In this document: positions 33,035 to 47,726 of the stretch, one piece after another
Layout of the letters: each line of letters opens with the position of its first letter
Numbering within the stretch: the first letter of the stretch is position 1
NCBI GenBank assembly: GCA_963575745.1
Contig: CAUYUJ010000005.1
Coordinates: 62,001 to 119,666 of the forward strand
Direction: 5' to 3'
DNA from: Prorocentrum cordatum
Lineage: Eukaryota
DNA: 57,666 nt
Notes under the pieces: model-generated
What the model was told of the DNA's origin: nothing
What the model saw: the letters and a program-made list of their open reading frames with translations, nothing else
The model's database searches: none
Translations under genes and position numbers: made by a program

Positions 33035-33232
33035 TCGGGGGCGGCAACGAGGGGGGTGATGACTAGGTGGGGTGGATATCATGGCGTGGGCCATGATGAT
33101 ATTTCCTCAGATTTCATGGCGCATCTTTTTAATTCATTACGTCCCTGGTCCACCCCCCTGGGCCGCGCACATGCCGCCGGTCATGATTTGCATCCCCCCC
33201 TCTCTGGACCCCCCCCTCTTGGCAGCCCCCGA
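33035..33232. mobile_element. Introner: MITE that constitutes intron 4
   Basis: TIR tcgggggcggcaacgagggggg vs reverse complement tcgggggctgccaagagggggg; TSD ggtgg at 33030-33034 and 33233-33237; intron 33031-33233. Confidence 0.92.
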
Positions 33233-33233
33233 G

Positions 33234-33368
33234 GTGGTGGAGCAGACGCAGGATGGGCAGAAGTTTAATCGGGGCCAGCTGCTCAACGTGGGGCTCCGGC
33301 TGGCGCAGGGGGCCTTGCCTGGAATCACGTCATTCATCACGCACGATGTGGACCTGCTGCCCTCTATG
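33234..33368 (+). CDS. MYND-GT7 gene exon 5 (FNRG and DxD motifs)
   Basis: VVEQTQDGQKFNRGQLLNVG...ITHDVDLLPSM; donor ATG|GA. Confidence 0.92.
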
Positions 33369-33447
33369 GACACGTGGAGGAGGGGGAGGAGGCGAACTGG
33401 GAGGAGGAAGAGAGGGAAGAGGGAGCCGATTATGGGAGAGGAGGCGA

Positions 33448-33448
33448 A

Positions 33449-33518
<70 letters not shown>

Positions 33519-33720
33519 CTGATGCTCATGCTGATGCTGATGATGATGATGCTTACGATTATGATTCTGATGTTGATGGCGATGATGATGGTGCTGATGA
33601 TGGTGGTGATGATGATGGTGATGATGCTGATGATGATAACTATGATGCTGATGATGATGACGATGCTGATGATGATGATGGCGATAGTGATGGTGAGGGT
33701 GAGGGTAAGGGTAATAGTGT

Positions 33721-33780
<60 letters not shown>

Positions 33781-33901
33781 CGGCGATGATGATGATGATG
33801 ATGATGATGCTGGTGATGATGATGATGATGATGATTCTGATGATGATGATGATGGTGGTGATCATGATGATGATGATGATGTTGATGACGATGACGATGA
33901 C

Positions 33902-33986
<85 letters not shown>

Positions 33987-33987
33987 T

Positions 33988-34022
<35 letters not shown>

Positions 34023-34362
34023 CTGATGATGATGGTGATGACGAGGATGACGATGACGACGATGGTGATGACGACAACGGCGTCGATGACGACGACGATG
34101 AGGAGGAGGTGGAGGAGGAGGAGGTGGAGTAGGAGGGGGAGGAGGAGGAGGACGAGGAGGAGGAGGAAAGAGGGATGTTGACGATCATGATGACGATGAT
34201 GAGTCTGATGATGCTGCTGATGACAATGATGATGCTAATACGGACGCTGATGATGCTGCGGATGGTGAATTCGATGATGATGCTTATGATGATGCCATTA
34301 ATGATGCTGCTGATGATGATGGTAAAGTTTCGCGATGGTGGTATGATGATGCTGATTATGAC

Positions 34363-34435
<73 letters not shown>

Positions 34436-34466
34436 CTGATCATGCTGGTGATGATGATGCTGATGC

Positions 34467-34498
<32 letters not shown>

Positions 34499-35132
34499 GT
34501 GATGATGGTCGTGATGATGATGCTCCTGATGATGATAATCATGTGGCTGACGATGCTCATGGTGATGGTGATGGTGATGGTGGTGGTGGTGATGCTTGTG
34601 GTGATTATTGTAACGATGATTGTGGTGGTGGTCGTGATGAGGACGTCGATGCTGATGATCATGATGTGATGGTTTTGGTGATGGTGGTGGTGATGCTGAG
34701 GACTATCATCAGTGATAGAAGTAGTATCAGTAAGATCTCTATGCTGATTGTTACTACTTCGATATATAACCATATTGCCAAGGCCTTCTGCCAGTGCGTC
34801 CGATCCGGGGCGCTCGGGATGATGATGCTGATGATGATGGTGATGATGATGATGATGATTATGCTGATGCTGATGCTGATGCTGCTGATGATGATGATGA
34901 TGATGATGATGATGAGGGAAGTGACGATGATACTGATGATGACAATGCTGATGCTGATGCTGATGCTGATGCTGATGCTGATGCTGCTGCTGCTGATGCT
35001 GCTGCTGCTGAGGTTGATGATGCTGCTGATGCTGCTGCTGCTGCTGATGATGATGATGATGGTGATGATTCTGATGATGATGGTGATGATGATGATGATG
35101 AGGAGGAGGAACATGAGGAGGAGGAGGAGGAC

Positions 35133-35190
<58 letters not shown>

Positions 35191-35350
35191 GATGATGATG
35201 ATGATGATGATGCTGATGATGATGATGATGCTGCTGATGATGATGATGATGCTGATGATGATGCTGATGATGATGATGATGCTGATGATGATGCTGATGA
35301 TGATGCTGATGATGCTGATGATATGATGCTGATGCTGATGATGATGATTC

Positions 35351-35400
<50 letters not shown>

Positions 35401-35449
35401 CTCATGATGCTGATGATGATGATGATAATTATGATGACGATGATGATGC

Positions 35450-35508
<59 letters not shown>
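33448..35508 (+). repeat. Degenerate (GAT)n array
   Basis: Direct inspection. Confidence 0.97.
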
Positions 35509-35574
35509 TCCTCATACTTTTTGGCTTTGAGCTGAGCGCGTGGCAGTGCTGGGGGGGGCCATCACCGAGCCCCC

Positions 35575-36060
35575 ATGGTGCCTGCACACGGGGCGGGGAT
35601 GCCAACACTGGACCCCCGGTGCGACAACTGGGGGGGAGGTGCTGGCGCCGGAGGGGGGTGCCGGCACCGGGGGGAGTGCCGGCACCGGTTGCACCTGGGG
35701 GGGTGCCGGCACCAGGGGGGTGCCGGCGCCGGGGGGGGTGCGGCACGGGGGAGGGTTGCCAGCACTAGCGGAAGGGGCCGGCACTGGAGGGCGGGGGGGG
35801 CGGCACTGGAGGGGGGTGCCGGCAACAGGGGGGGGTTGCCCGCACCGGGGAGGGTGTCGGCATTGGGCACGGAAGGGGGCCTGCACGGGGAGGCCAGCAC
35901 TGGGGGCGGGTCGCCTGGGAGGGGGGTTGCCAGCACCGGGGGTGGGGGGGGCGGCACCGCCAGCGGGTGTGGGCACCCCGGCGGTGGGTGCTGGCACCAG
36001 TGGGGGGGGCGACTGGTACCGGGGGGGTTGCCGGCACCGGCGAGGCCGGCACCGCGGGGT
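35575..36060. repeat. G-rich minisatellite with palindromic gtgccggcac core
   Basis: About 20 degenerate units. Confidence 0.85.
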
Positions 36061-36104
36061 GGAGCAGCCCACGCTCCCAGAAACTCACACGCCGGATCGG
36101 CGTA

Positions 36105-36742
<638 letters not shown>

Positions 36743-37942
36743 CGAATCTGGGCACATTCGTATCTGCCCTGTCCTTGTCCTCTTCTTCCTCCGTCGCCTC
36801 CCTTCTTTCCTCCCTCTCCCTCCCCTTGCGTGCCTGGCAGGTGCTCCACTGTACGCCCGGCACGCGCAGCCCTCTGGAGCCCCCGCGATTGCACCGGATT
36901 CGGCCGGGGCCCCAGGTCGGCGACTACGATCGGTGCGGTTACGCCGGGGTGCGGTTTGCGAGTTGCTTTGTGGCGGCCTTTCCGGGGCCTTTGCGCGAGA
37001 CAATGTCACTTTGGACTTTGGTCACCTGTCGGTATACTTCCAGGCGCAGCCGGCCATCCTGGGTGGACGCCGGCGTGTCGCGCATCTGCTGGCAGACCCG
37101 CGGCGCCGTCCGCACTGAGGCTGAGCGCAGCAAAAAGAAGAAAAAAAACCTCGATGTGTGCTCCACTATACTAGAAGGGGCAACAGTGTCATGTGATTCG
37201 GTCGCATTGAGTGACAGTGTCATCCGTTTCCCCGGGGCGGGAGGGGCAGATATGACGGGAGGCAAGCCGCACCCTTCGCAAACCGCACCTCTTGTGGTCG
37301 CCGGTCAGGACTACAGCCAGGTGGTTCCAATTTTGCGAAGGGCGGGACTAATTGCACCTTCACGGGGACCTGCGTATCGACTGGGAGAGCAGGCTTTCGG
37401 CCATCAGTTGGGGAGCCGGCAGTTTTCATCTTCGCCAGAGCTTTCAAGGACAAATTGATGATGATGCTGCTGATGATGATGATGTTGATGATGATGATGA
37501 TTTTGATGATGATGATGATGTCGATTATGACGCCCATGCTGATTTGGCTGATGATGATGGTGATTCTGTTGCTGCTGGTAGTGCTGATGCTGTGATTGTG
37601 ATTGCAGTATGATGGTGATGGCGGTGGTGATGATGATGCTGATGACGCTGATGATGCTGATGGGGATTAGGATGACGATGATGCTGCTTATGATGATTAT
37701 GATGATAACGGTGATATTGAATCCGAAGGTGATATGAAGATGCTGATAACGCTGCCGATGATGATTGTGATGGTGATGCTGCTGACGATGGCGACGATGG
37801 TGACGATGGTGACGATATGATGGTGGTGAAGGAGGTGATGATGATGATTATGGTGGTGGCGGTGGCGATGAGTACGTCTCTGATCATGATAATGGGGTGA
37901 TGGTTTTGGTGACGATGGTGATGGTGGTGAGAAAGAGCGTGT

Positions 37943-39526
37943 TCTACCGCTGCTGGCGGAAAACCGGGGGGGGTCACTGGGGGTTCCCAGCCCGTCCCCC
38001 CCCCCTCGAAAACCGGGGGCGGGTCACTACCGGTTCGAACTCCTCCCCCCCCCCCAGTCCATCATGAAGAGGGAGGGGGGGTCATTACTGGTTCGAACCC
38101 CGCCCCCTCCCTGGAAAACCGTGGGGGGGGTCACTACCGGCTCGGACCCCCCCACCCCCCCCTTCGCCGCCAGCAAACGATTCCCGCTCCTGGGGACAGG
38201 TGGACAATGGTGGGGATGCTGGGACAGTGGTGGGAACGGTGTTTGTGGGGACAGTGGTGCGGGGACAGTGGGACAGAGGAACGGACAGTGGTGGGGACAG
38301 TGGTGGGGGGACAGCGGGACAGTTGTGGGGACAGTGGGACTGTGGTGGGGACGGTAGTGGTGGGGACAGTGGTGAAGGCGGTGGTGAGGACAGTGGTGGG
38401 ACAGTAGTACAGTGGGGAAAGTGGCGAGGACAGTGGGGACAGTGGGACAGTGATGGGGACGGTGGGGACGGTGGGACAGCATAGTGGGACAGCGGCGGGG
38501 ACAGTGGGACAGTGGTGGACCGTGGGGACAGTGGGGAGAGTGGGGCCGTGGTGGGACAATGGTGGGGAGACTGGGGACGGTGAGACGCTGGTGGGGACGC
38601 TGGTGGGGACAGCGGGGACAATGGTGGCAACAGTGGGGACTATGGGACAATGGTGGGGACGGTGGTGGGGACAGTGATGTGGGGACTGGGACTGTGTTGG
38701 AAACAGTGGGACAGTGGAGGGTGCAGTGGTAGTGGGGACAGTGGTGAGGGTGGTGGCGAGGACGGCGGTGGGACAATAGGACAGGGGTACAGTGTGAAAG
38801 GTGGTGGGGACAGTGGGGGCAGTGGTGGGAACGGTGGGACAACTCAGTGTGACAGCGGCGGGGACAGTGGGACAGTGGGACAGTGGGGACAGTGGGACAG
38901 TGATGGGGACCGTGGAGAAAGTGGGGAGAGTGGAACCGTGGTGGGAACACTGGTGGGGACAGTGGGGACAGTGCGACAGTGGTGGGGACACCGGTGGGGA
39001 CAGCGGGGACGGTGATGGGAACAGTGGGGACAGTGGTGGTGAGGACAGTGGTGCTGGGGACAGCAGTGGGGGATGTGGTGCGGACGGTGGTAGGGACCCG
39101 GGAGTCGTTTGCTGGCGGTGAGCGTGGGGGGGGGCGGGGGGGGGTTTCGAACCAGTAGTGACCCCCCCGGGTTTTCTGGAGAAGGGAGGGGGGAGGGGTT
39201 CGAATTGGTAGTGATCCCCCCGGTTTTTTGAAGGGGGGGACTCGAACTCGTAGTGACCACACCACCCCCGGTTTTCTGGAGGGGGGGGGAGGGGTTCGAA
39301 CCGGTATACCTCCACCCGGTTTTCCGGAGGGGGGTTGGGGGGTCGAGCCTGTAGTGACCCCTCCCGGTTTTCCGGAGGGGGTGGGGGGTTATAGGGAAGG
39401 GGGGGGTTTTGCCGGGGGGAAGGCGGGGGGGGGGTCCAGCAGGGGGGCGAGATTTTCGGAGGGGGGGGGGGACCCCAGGTTCCGGAGGAAGAGGGGGGGA
39501 ATTTTCCACAGTAAAGCGGCGGTGGA
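37943..39526. mobile_element. Foldback-like element with repeated subterminal motifs and a (GTGGGGACA)n core
   Basis: Termini tctaccgctgct vs reverse complement tccaccgccgct; left arm repeats aaaaccgggggggtcactac.ggttcgaac, inverted in the right arm; inner 19/20 inverted repeat at 38167-38186 and 39099-39118. Confidence 0.8.
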
Positions 39527-39619
39527 TCATGATGATGTTTATCATGAATGGTGTTTATCATGAGTGGTACAAGTGATACCAGTGAGACCTCTAGAATGTC
39601 GCTCAAGAATGTCACTACT

Positions 39620-40385
<766 letters not shown>

Positions 40386-40403
40386 CCCCCCGCTGACTCT
40401 CAG

Positions 40404-40688
40404 GACATGCGCCCCGCGTATGCCAAGCCTCCACCCCCGGGGACCGCAGTGCACCTGGCGTCCGTCTGGCCCAAGTACACTTACCCAGGCTTTCTTGGCG
40501 GCGTGCTGTCCTTTCGGCCAGAGGACTTCGAGCGGGCCAATGGTTACCCCAATAATTACTGGGGCTGGGGTTTGGAGGACGACCAGCTCGCTCTGCGCAT
40601 GTCGAAGTGTAACATTCGAACGATCCGGCTGCGCGAAGGGATTGGCACCTTCATTGACTTAGACGAGATGAACATGAAGGGCGTTCTG
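40404..40688 (+). CDS. MYND-GT7 gene exon 6 (catalytic WGWGxEDD)
   Basis: VHLASVWPKYTYPGFLGGV...NGYPNNYWGWGLEDD; acceptor ctctcag|G; donor CTG|GA in phase 0. Confidence 0.93.
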
Positions 40689-41052
40689 GATCCGGGGAGC
40701 CGCAGAATGGGGTAAGTGTGGAGGAGGTGGGGAGGGGATAATGAGTGGGCGATGGTTCGGCGGAGCGCTTGTATCGGCTACACGTAAGAGTGACCTTTCC
40801 GCCGGAGTGACTTTTGGTGCGCGGCTTTCGGGGGGACGCGGGGGGCGGGGGGGAAACCAGAGCACGCAGGCCGCTACGGTCGTACCGCACGCGACGATTG
40901 GCAGGTCGCGCACCACAGGCCAGTCTTGCCTGGGGCGACGTCTTGCGTGCAGCCGAGATGGGAGGGGAGGATGAGTGGGCCATGATTCGGCGGAGCGCTT
41001 GCTGGGGCGGGGGGGGCGGGGAGGGCAACTCTCACGGCTCGACTCTCCCCAG

Positions 41053-41178
41053 GACCGCGGGCAGGGGGAAGAGGTGCGGCGGCACTTGCCCTGGTACAAC
41101 GCGCAGCTCTTCCAAAAGGGCGCACTCTTGATCGACGGGGACTGGCAGGTCAACGGGCTCGGCGACCTTGACTACGAG
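41053..41178 (+). CDS. MYND-GT7 gene exon 7
   Basis: DRGQGEEVRRHLPWYNAQ...VNGLGDLDYE matches the GT7 DGLxxLxY motif; acceptor ctccccag|G, donor GAG|GT. Confidence 0.85.
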
Positions 41179-41318
41179 GTCTCGGGCGAGGGAGCTTTGG
41201 CCAGAGCCCTGAAGACTTCAGAGGCCCGACCCATCGGCCCTGTCAGTGGATGTCGATCCCCTGCCAGACCGGGGGGCCGTGTTCTGCAAGGTTGGGGCCA
41301 CTCATATGTCGACTAGAC

Positions 41319-41468
41319 GTAAGAGTGACCTTTCGCTGGAGTGACCTTTGGTGCGGGCACAGATACATCCCCAGATGGCTGAAAACGAAGCAGCAGCAGC
41401 TGCTTGCGCGCCCAGGTCTGACCCCCCCCGCGGCCCCCCAAAAGTCGCGCAGCAAAGGTCACTCTTAC
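41319..41468. repeat. Inverted-repeat-bounded segment
   Basis: Perfect 15-bp IR gtaagagtgaccttt / aaaggtcactcttac; the left arm recurs at ~40784. Confidence 0.65.
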
Positions 41469-41526
41469 CCAGGGCCACTCTGGCGTATAGCCGAATTTGC
41501 CTCTGGAGGCTCGGTGGGGCTGGCTG

Positions 41527-41719
41527 TCGGGCCGGGCGAAAGGGGGTATTGGGAAAGGGGGGGTTACGAAATTTGCAGCATGCAGCTGGTTTCGGCCTCA
41601 CCGAGGGGCCCATTCCTCGATACATAGCCGCCTCCGGCGCCGAGAGGCGCCGGGAAAATCAGCCACGTGAGCTGATTCTCACCCCCCCCTTTGCTATCCC
41701 CCCCTTTTGCCCGACCCGA
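41527..41719. mobile_element. MITE family K copy 2
   Basis: TIRs plus 5-bp TSD ggctg (41522-41526, 41720-41724). Confidence 0.85.
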
Positions 41720-41960
41720 GGCTGGTCTGTTTCCCTCTCCCCGTAGGTCGTGGATAAGAGGAGGAGGAGGAGGAGGAGGAGGAGGAGGAGGAGGAGGAGG
41801 AGGAGGAGGAGGTGGAGGGGAGGAGGAGGAGAGGAGGAGGAGGAGGAGGAGGAGAGGAGGAGGAGGAGGAGGAGGAGGAGGAGGAGGAGGAGGAGGAAGT
41901 GTGAGCGTCTGCCCTGCCCTCTCCTGAGCGTTTGTCCTGTCCTTCGTCCTCTCCCCGCAG

Positions 41961-42970
<1,010 letters not shown>

Positions 42971-43748
42971 AGTGTGAGCGTCTGCCCTGCCCTCTGCTGA
43001 GCGTTTGTCCTGCCCTTCGTCCTCTCTGCCCCGCCCTCCTCCACACCGTCGTGCCTCTGCCTATCCCTCTTCTGGCCCACGCGCCTCTCCCGCATTTCTC
43101 CTACCGTCCTCCCCGCCATACTTGCCTTTGAGTCGGGCCTGTCCCTCTACAGGGGGAACATTCAAAAATAGTTAAACAATAGTCTGGGGACTATTTTCTG
43201 AGTATATTTTCAAACACCATTTTGGAGTATTCTTTCCCGAGTATTTTTTATTCAGTTTTTCGTCGAACATCCTTCTGCTTCTCTCCGTCCATTCCAAGCA
43301 GTCTCCCCGCTGGTCTGCCACTGCCCTCGCCCCGCTTCTCCTCTCCCGACCCCCCTCCCGTCCCGCCACCCTGCACGGCAGCCTCCTCCAGCATCCTCCC
43401 CGAGCCGACCCCCCGGCCTCACTCAGTACTCCCGCGGCCTCACCGGCCCTCCCCGTTCTCGCCCGCTCTCCGTTCCCCCGCTCCCCGCCTAGGGGCAGCA
43501 CCCCCTGGCGAGCCGCGGCAGAAGCGGCATGCCCCCCTCCCCCGAGGCCTGCTGTGCAGGCGCCGCGGCCCGGCGGCGTCGGCCGCGCTGCCGGTGCGCG
43601 GCCGCGGCTCGTTCTTTTGTGCCTGCTGGCCGCTTCCCTCGCCACCTCCAGCCGCCGCCTGCGGGGGGGGCCAGGAACGGAGACATGCCAGCCGTGCCGA
43701 TGCGTGAGGGCGATGGAACGAATCGACGGTGACCAAGACCAGCATGTA

Positions 43749-43961
43749 TCGGGTATAGCCAGGACCCCAGGCAAGGGGACCCGGTTAGTGGTAGGGCCCC
43801 GGGGCCTTTGTGGAATTGGCCAGAATCACTAAACCAGGTCTGCCGTAGCTGGTGTTTTTCGGGTGACGGCAGTTCCGCTTAGTGGAACGGGGCGGGGGGC
43901 GCCTCCCCCAGTACACATCACTAAACCAGGTTCCACTAAACCCAGTTCTGCCAAAGCCCGA
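43749..43961. mobile_element. MITE with 5-bp TSD
   Basis: tcgggtatagccaggac...gttctgccaaagcccga; TSD atgta (43744-43748, 43962-43966). Confidence 0.85.
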
Positions 43962-44047
43962 ATGTATGTAACCAAGATCGACACGGGCGTCCGCGTTCAG
44001 TCTTTGTCATGGTCCTTGTTTTCTCCCTCTCCAGAGCGGCACAAGCA

Positions 44048-44250
44048 TTAACTTTTGGAGCTCCGCGCGGATTTCTTGGATCGGCGCTGGAACCGACCCT
44101 GGCGGCGTCTCGGGCGTCGCCCTTGGCGTGCTCCGCGCCCCAGTTCACAACGTCTCCCTGGTGCGCGCAGCGCGCCAGGGGCGGCGCCCGAGGCGCCTCC
44201 AGGGGGCCCAGCGCCGATCCAAGAACTCCTTGTGGAGCTCCGGAAGTTCA
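44048..44250. mobile_element. MITE with ~42-bp TIRs
   Basis: aacttttggagctcc..ttcttggatcggcgctgg / ccagcgccgatccaagaa..ggagctccggaagtt. Confidence 0.8.
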
Positions 44251-44264
44251 TGTCTATGAACCTT

Positions 44265-45960
44265 TTTCCCCTACCTAGGCTCTGCCTAGAAGGGTTCTTA
44301 CTCTCTGAGCTTAAAGGGCCGGGCAGTGGAAAGCGCCCCGGGCGTTTCCCCCAGTATCCGCCCCGCGGTTCCCCCAGTTACGTCCCCTTAGCTTAGCGTT
44401 TCGTACCTCATCATGACTTAACTTATTCATCTTAGCTTAGCTTAGCTTCATCTTAGCTCAGGTTTATCTTAGCTTAGCTTAGCTTACCTTCATCTTAGCT
44501 TCGCTGAGCTTTAGCATAGCAGAGCACAGCATAGCATACCATAGCGTAGCATATGCAGCATAGCATAGCGCAGCACATCATATCATAGCATAGCCCAAAA
44601 GAGCATAGCATAGCGCAGCATAGCATAGCATAGCATAGCATAGCATAGCATAGCGCAGCACAGCACAGCACAGCACAGCACAGCACAGCATAGCATAGCA
44701 TAGCATAGCATAGCGCAACTTTACATAACATAGCATAACATATCATATCATAGCGCAGCATGACATAGCATAGCTGAGCATAGCATAGCACAGCATAGCG
44801 CAGCATAGCATAGCATAGCACATCATAACGCAGCATAGCATGGCATAACATAGCATAGCATAGCATAGCAACTAATGCTGCTTTCCTAGGGGCTCCAACT
44901 TCTAGGTAGGGTCGCACTGGGCCAATTTTGCATATCGTGTTGCAATCTCTGTATTTCCCTACCTAGGCTCTGCCTAGAAGGGTTCTTACTCTCTGGGCTT
45001 CAAGCGCCCTGGGCGGTTCCCCCAGTATCCGCCCCGCGGTTCCCCCAGTTACGTCCCCTTAGCTTAGCGTTGCTTATCTCATCTTAGCTTAGCCTAGCTG
45101 GACTTGGCTTAGCTTAGCTTAGCTTAGTTTAGCTTAACCTAGCCTAGCTTAGCTTAGCTTCGCTTGGCTTCGCTTAGCTTAGCCTAGCCTAGCTTAGCTT
45201 AGCTTAGCTTAGCTTAGCTCAGCTTAGCCAAGCGCAGCGCAGCGGAGCATTAGCATATCCTGGCATATTATAGCATTCCATAGCATAGCATAGCGCAGCA
45301 TATCATATCGCATTATATCATACCATATCATGCCATATCATGTCATAGCATAACGCGCCATATCATATCATATCATAGCATAGCATAGCTTAGCTTAGCA
45401 TCGTACAGCGCATCATATCATATCATATCATATCATATCACATACTCGCATATCATATCATATCATCGCGCAGCCTAGTATATCATACCACAGCAACACA
45501 TCACAGTACATCACAGCATATCACACCATATCATACCATATCATATCATATCATATCATACCATAGCATAGCGCAGCATAGCATAGCGCAGCATGGCACA
45601 TCAAACCACTACCACCATCAAGCAACCACACAACGATACGCACATCAAACACAACAGCAACAGCAACCGCAAACGCAAAAAGGCAATGCATGGCAACGTA
45701 AACTCAGCACCAATGCGAACTTGTAGATGTAGATGTAGATGTAGGTGTAGGTGTAGCTGTGGATGTACGTGTATATGTATATGTAGATGTAGATGTAGGT
45801 GTAGATGCAGATGTAGATGTAGATGTAGATGTGAGTCTCGCTGTTGATGTTGATATAGATGTAGATGCAGGTGTAGATGTTAATGTAGCTGTCGGTGTAG
45901 CTGTAGATGTTGCTTTCCTAGATGCTCCAACTCCTAGGTAGGATCGCACTGGGATAATTT
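44265..45960. mobile_element. Two tandem composite elements with conserved head and tail and microsatellite cores
   Basis: Heads at 44265-44400 and 44954-45071; tails at 44876-44930 and 45910-45960; cores (CTTAG)n, (CATAG)n, (CATAT)n, (GTAGAT)n. Confidence 0.85.
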
Positions 45961-46644
45961 CAGTTTTTGTTGTTCAGAGTAGTGCAGTGCTAATTTTAGT
46001 GATAAGAGTCGGTGTAGGCTTGCTTGTTCATCGACTGGAGCTCCCATAGCGTTCATGCTCATGCTCATGCTGCTGCTCCCGTCGCCACCGCGGCTGCCGC
46101 CCGCGGCCCTCCCCAGGAGAAGTCAATGATGCGGCGCGGGCAGGCGGGAAGAGCGTGAGGAGAGGGGCTCTCCCCCTTCTATCTCTCCCCCTGCCCTCTC
46201 TGGTTCTCTGCGCTGCTGTCTGCATGCCCCATCGCGAGGAGGAGGAAGAGGTGGAGGAGGAGGAGGAGAAGCCACGAGCGGCGAACGTATCAATATCCAC
46301 CCCTCGCGGTCTGGATTCTCGTGTGCGATCCCGCGGTCTCACGGTTACGTTCTGCGCGGGGCAGCCGCGAAACAACGCTCCGTATTTGCGTGGTCGCGGC
46401 CCAGGGGCCCAGCCTGCGAGACCGCGGATAAATTATGTTTTTTCGCCCACGAAGGAGGACGGGGATGCGGAACAGGATGATGAGGATGGGTGCAGGGCAC
46501 GAACGCTGATCAGCGCCCGAGCCCTGCTGACCTCAAAGCAGGCGAGGCCACAGGGAAAGTGGGATCCGCCATCCCTGGGAAAGGGGGGGGAAGAGTAGGA
46601 GGAGGTGGAGGAGGAATAAGGGTGATCGAGTAACGCAGAGGAGG

Positions 46645-46985
46645 TGGGTGAGTGAGTTCTTGCGTGTGTGCGTGAGTGAGTGAGTGAGTGAGTGAGTGGG
46701 TGTGTGTGTGGGTGTGTGGGTGGGTGAGTGGGTGAGTGAGTTAGTGAGTGGGTGATGGAGTTAGTGAGTGCGTGCGTGCGAGTGAGTGAGTTCGTGCATG
46801 CGTGCGTGAGTCAGTGAATGGGTAGGTGAGTGAGTGAGTTAGTGAGTGAGTGAGTGAGTGATCGAGTGAGTGAATGAGTGAGTGAGTGAGTGAGTGGGTG
46901 GATAAGTGGGTGGGTGGGTGGGTGAGTGAGTGAGTTAGTGAAGTGGAGTGAGTGAGCGAGTGAGGAGAGTGAGTGAGTGAGTGGG
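46645..46985 (+). repeat. (GTGA)n tetranucleotide microsatellite
   Basis: Direct inspection. Confidence 0.95.
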
Positions 46986-47005
46986 AAAGGGAGGAAGAGG
47001 AGGAG

Positions 47006-47726
47006 GAGGACCAGTGTGAACCCAAGACTCTTCAATGACATTGGGATGTGCCCTCCCTCCAAGCTCCCTCTTCATATGCCCCTACAAGGGTTCGTTTCCA
47101 CTGAGGGAGCTGCCCCGTTGGGGCACAGCTGCTTGAACATCCTGAAACGTGCCAAAGCACCATTCTCAGGACTTCAACGTCACGCGTGAACCTGACTGTT
47201 GCGTCTTGGTGATCCTGAACCGTGCCAGATCACTATTCCTGGGATTCCAACACCGCCAATCAGAGTAGTTGCTGCTCCCTGGCAATCCGGAATCGTTCCA
47301 AAGAGCAGCTTCTGGAACGGTAACCATGAGAACCAGTGGACCTCTTGCAAACATCAAGACGAATGTGCGCGGCGCTAAGGCGAGAGCCACACTTTGAAAA
47401 AGGATCCGCCCTCGATTCATAAAACTCGCGCGATTTTTAAGAAGAACTATGCGCGGCTAAGGCGAGAGCCACTTTTTGAAAACGGCCCGTTCTCAATCCA
47501 TGACACTTTCTGCCAATGTTTACAACGAGTGTGCGCGGCGCAAAGGCGAGAGCAACATTTTGAAAAGGAATCGCCCTCAAGCCGTGCAAGTGTTACGTGT
47601 TTTAAAATGTTTGTGCGCGGCGCTAAGGAGAGAGCCACATTTTGAAAACCACCTGCCCTCAATCCGTGAAACTTGTTTCAACTTTCCAAAACGAACATGC
47701 GTGGCGCTAAGGCGGGAGCCACTTTG
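47006..47726 (+). repeat. Repeat family J head followed by an ~84-bp satellite
   Basis: Unit core gtgcgcggcgctaaggcgagagccac near 47361, 47447, 47527, 47611, 47695. Confidence 0.85.

Noticed and set aside
38030..38100. tRNA genes suggested by GGTTCGAA
   Set aside because: No cloverleaf or A box; the motif is part of the foldback arm repeats
40705..40718. Canonical GTAAGT donor for exon 6
   Set aside because: It gives phase 2, incompatible with the phase-0 exon 7; the GA donor at 40689 fits the frame and the TSD/TIR pattern
43529..43700. Possible first exon of another gene after a C/T-rich tract
   Set aside because: The hydrophobic frame lacks an ATG and no downstream exons could be linked
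47361..47726. CRISPR-like array (conserved ~28-bp core with ~55-bp spacers)
   Set aside because: The spacers resemble each other, the cores are degenerate, there are no cas genes and the context is eukaryotic; it is a satellite
47476..47726. N-terminus of the 1175-aa ORF
   Set aside because: It translates satellite DNA that is in frame by chance; the LINE is 5'-truncated
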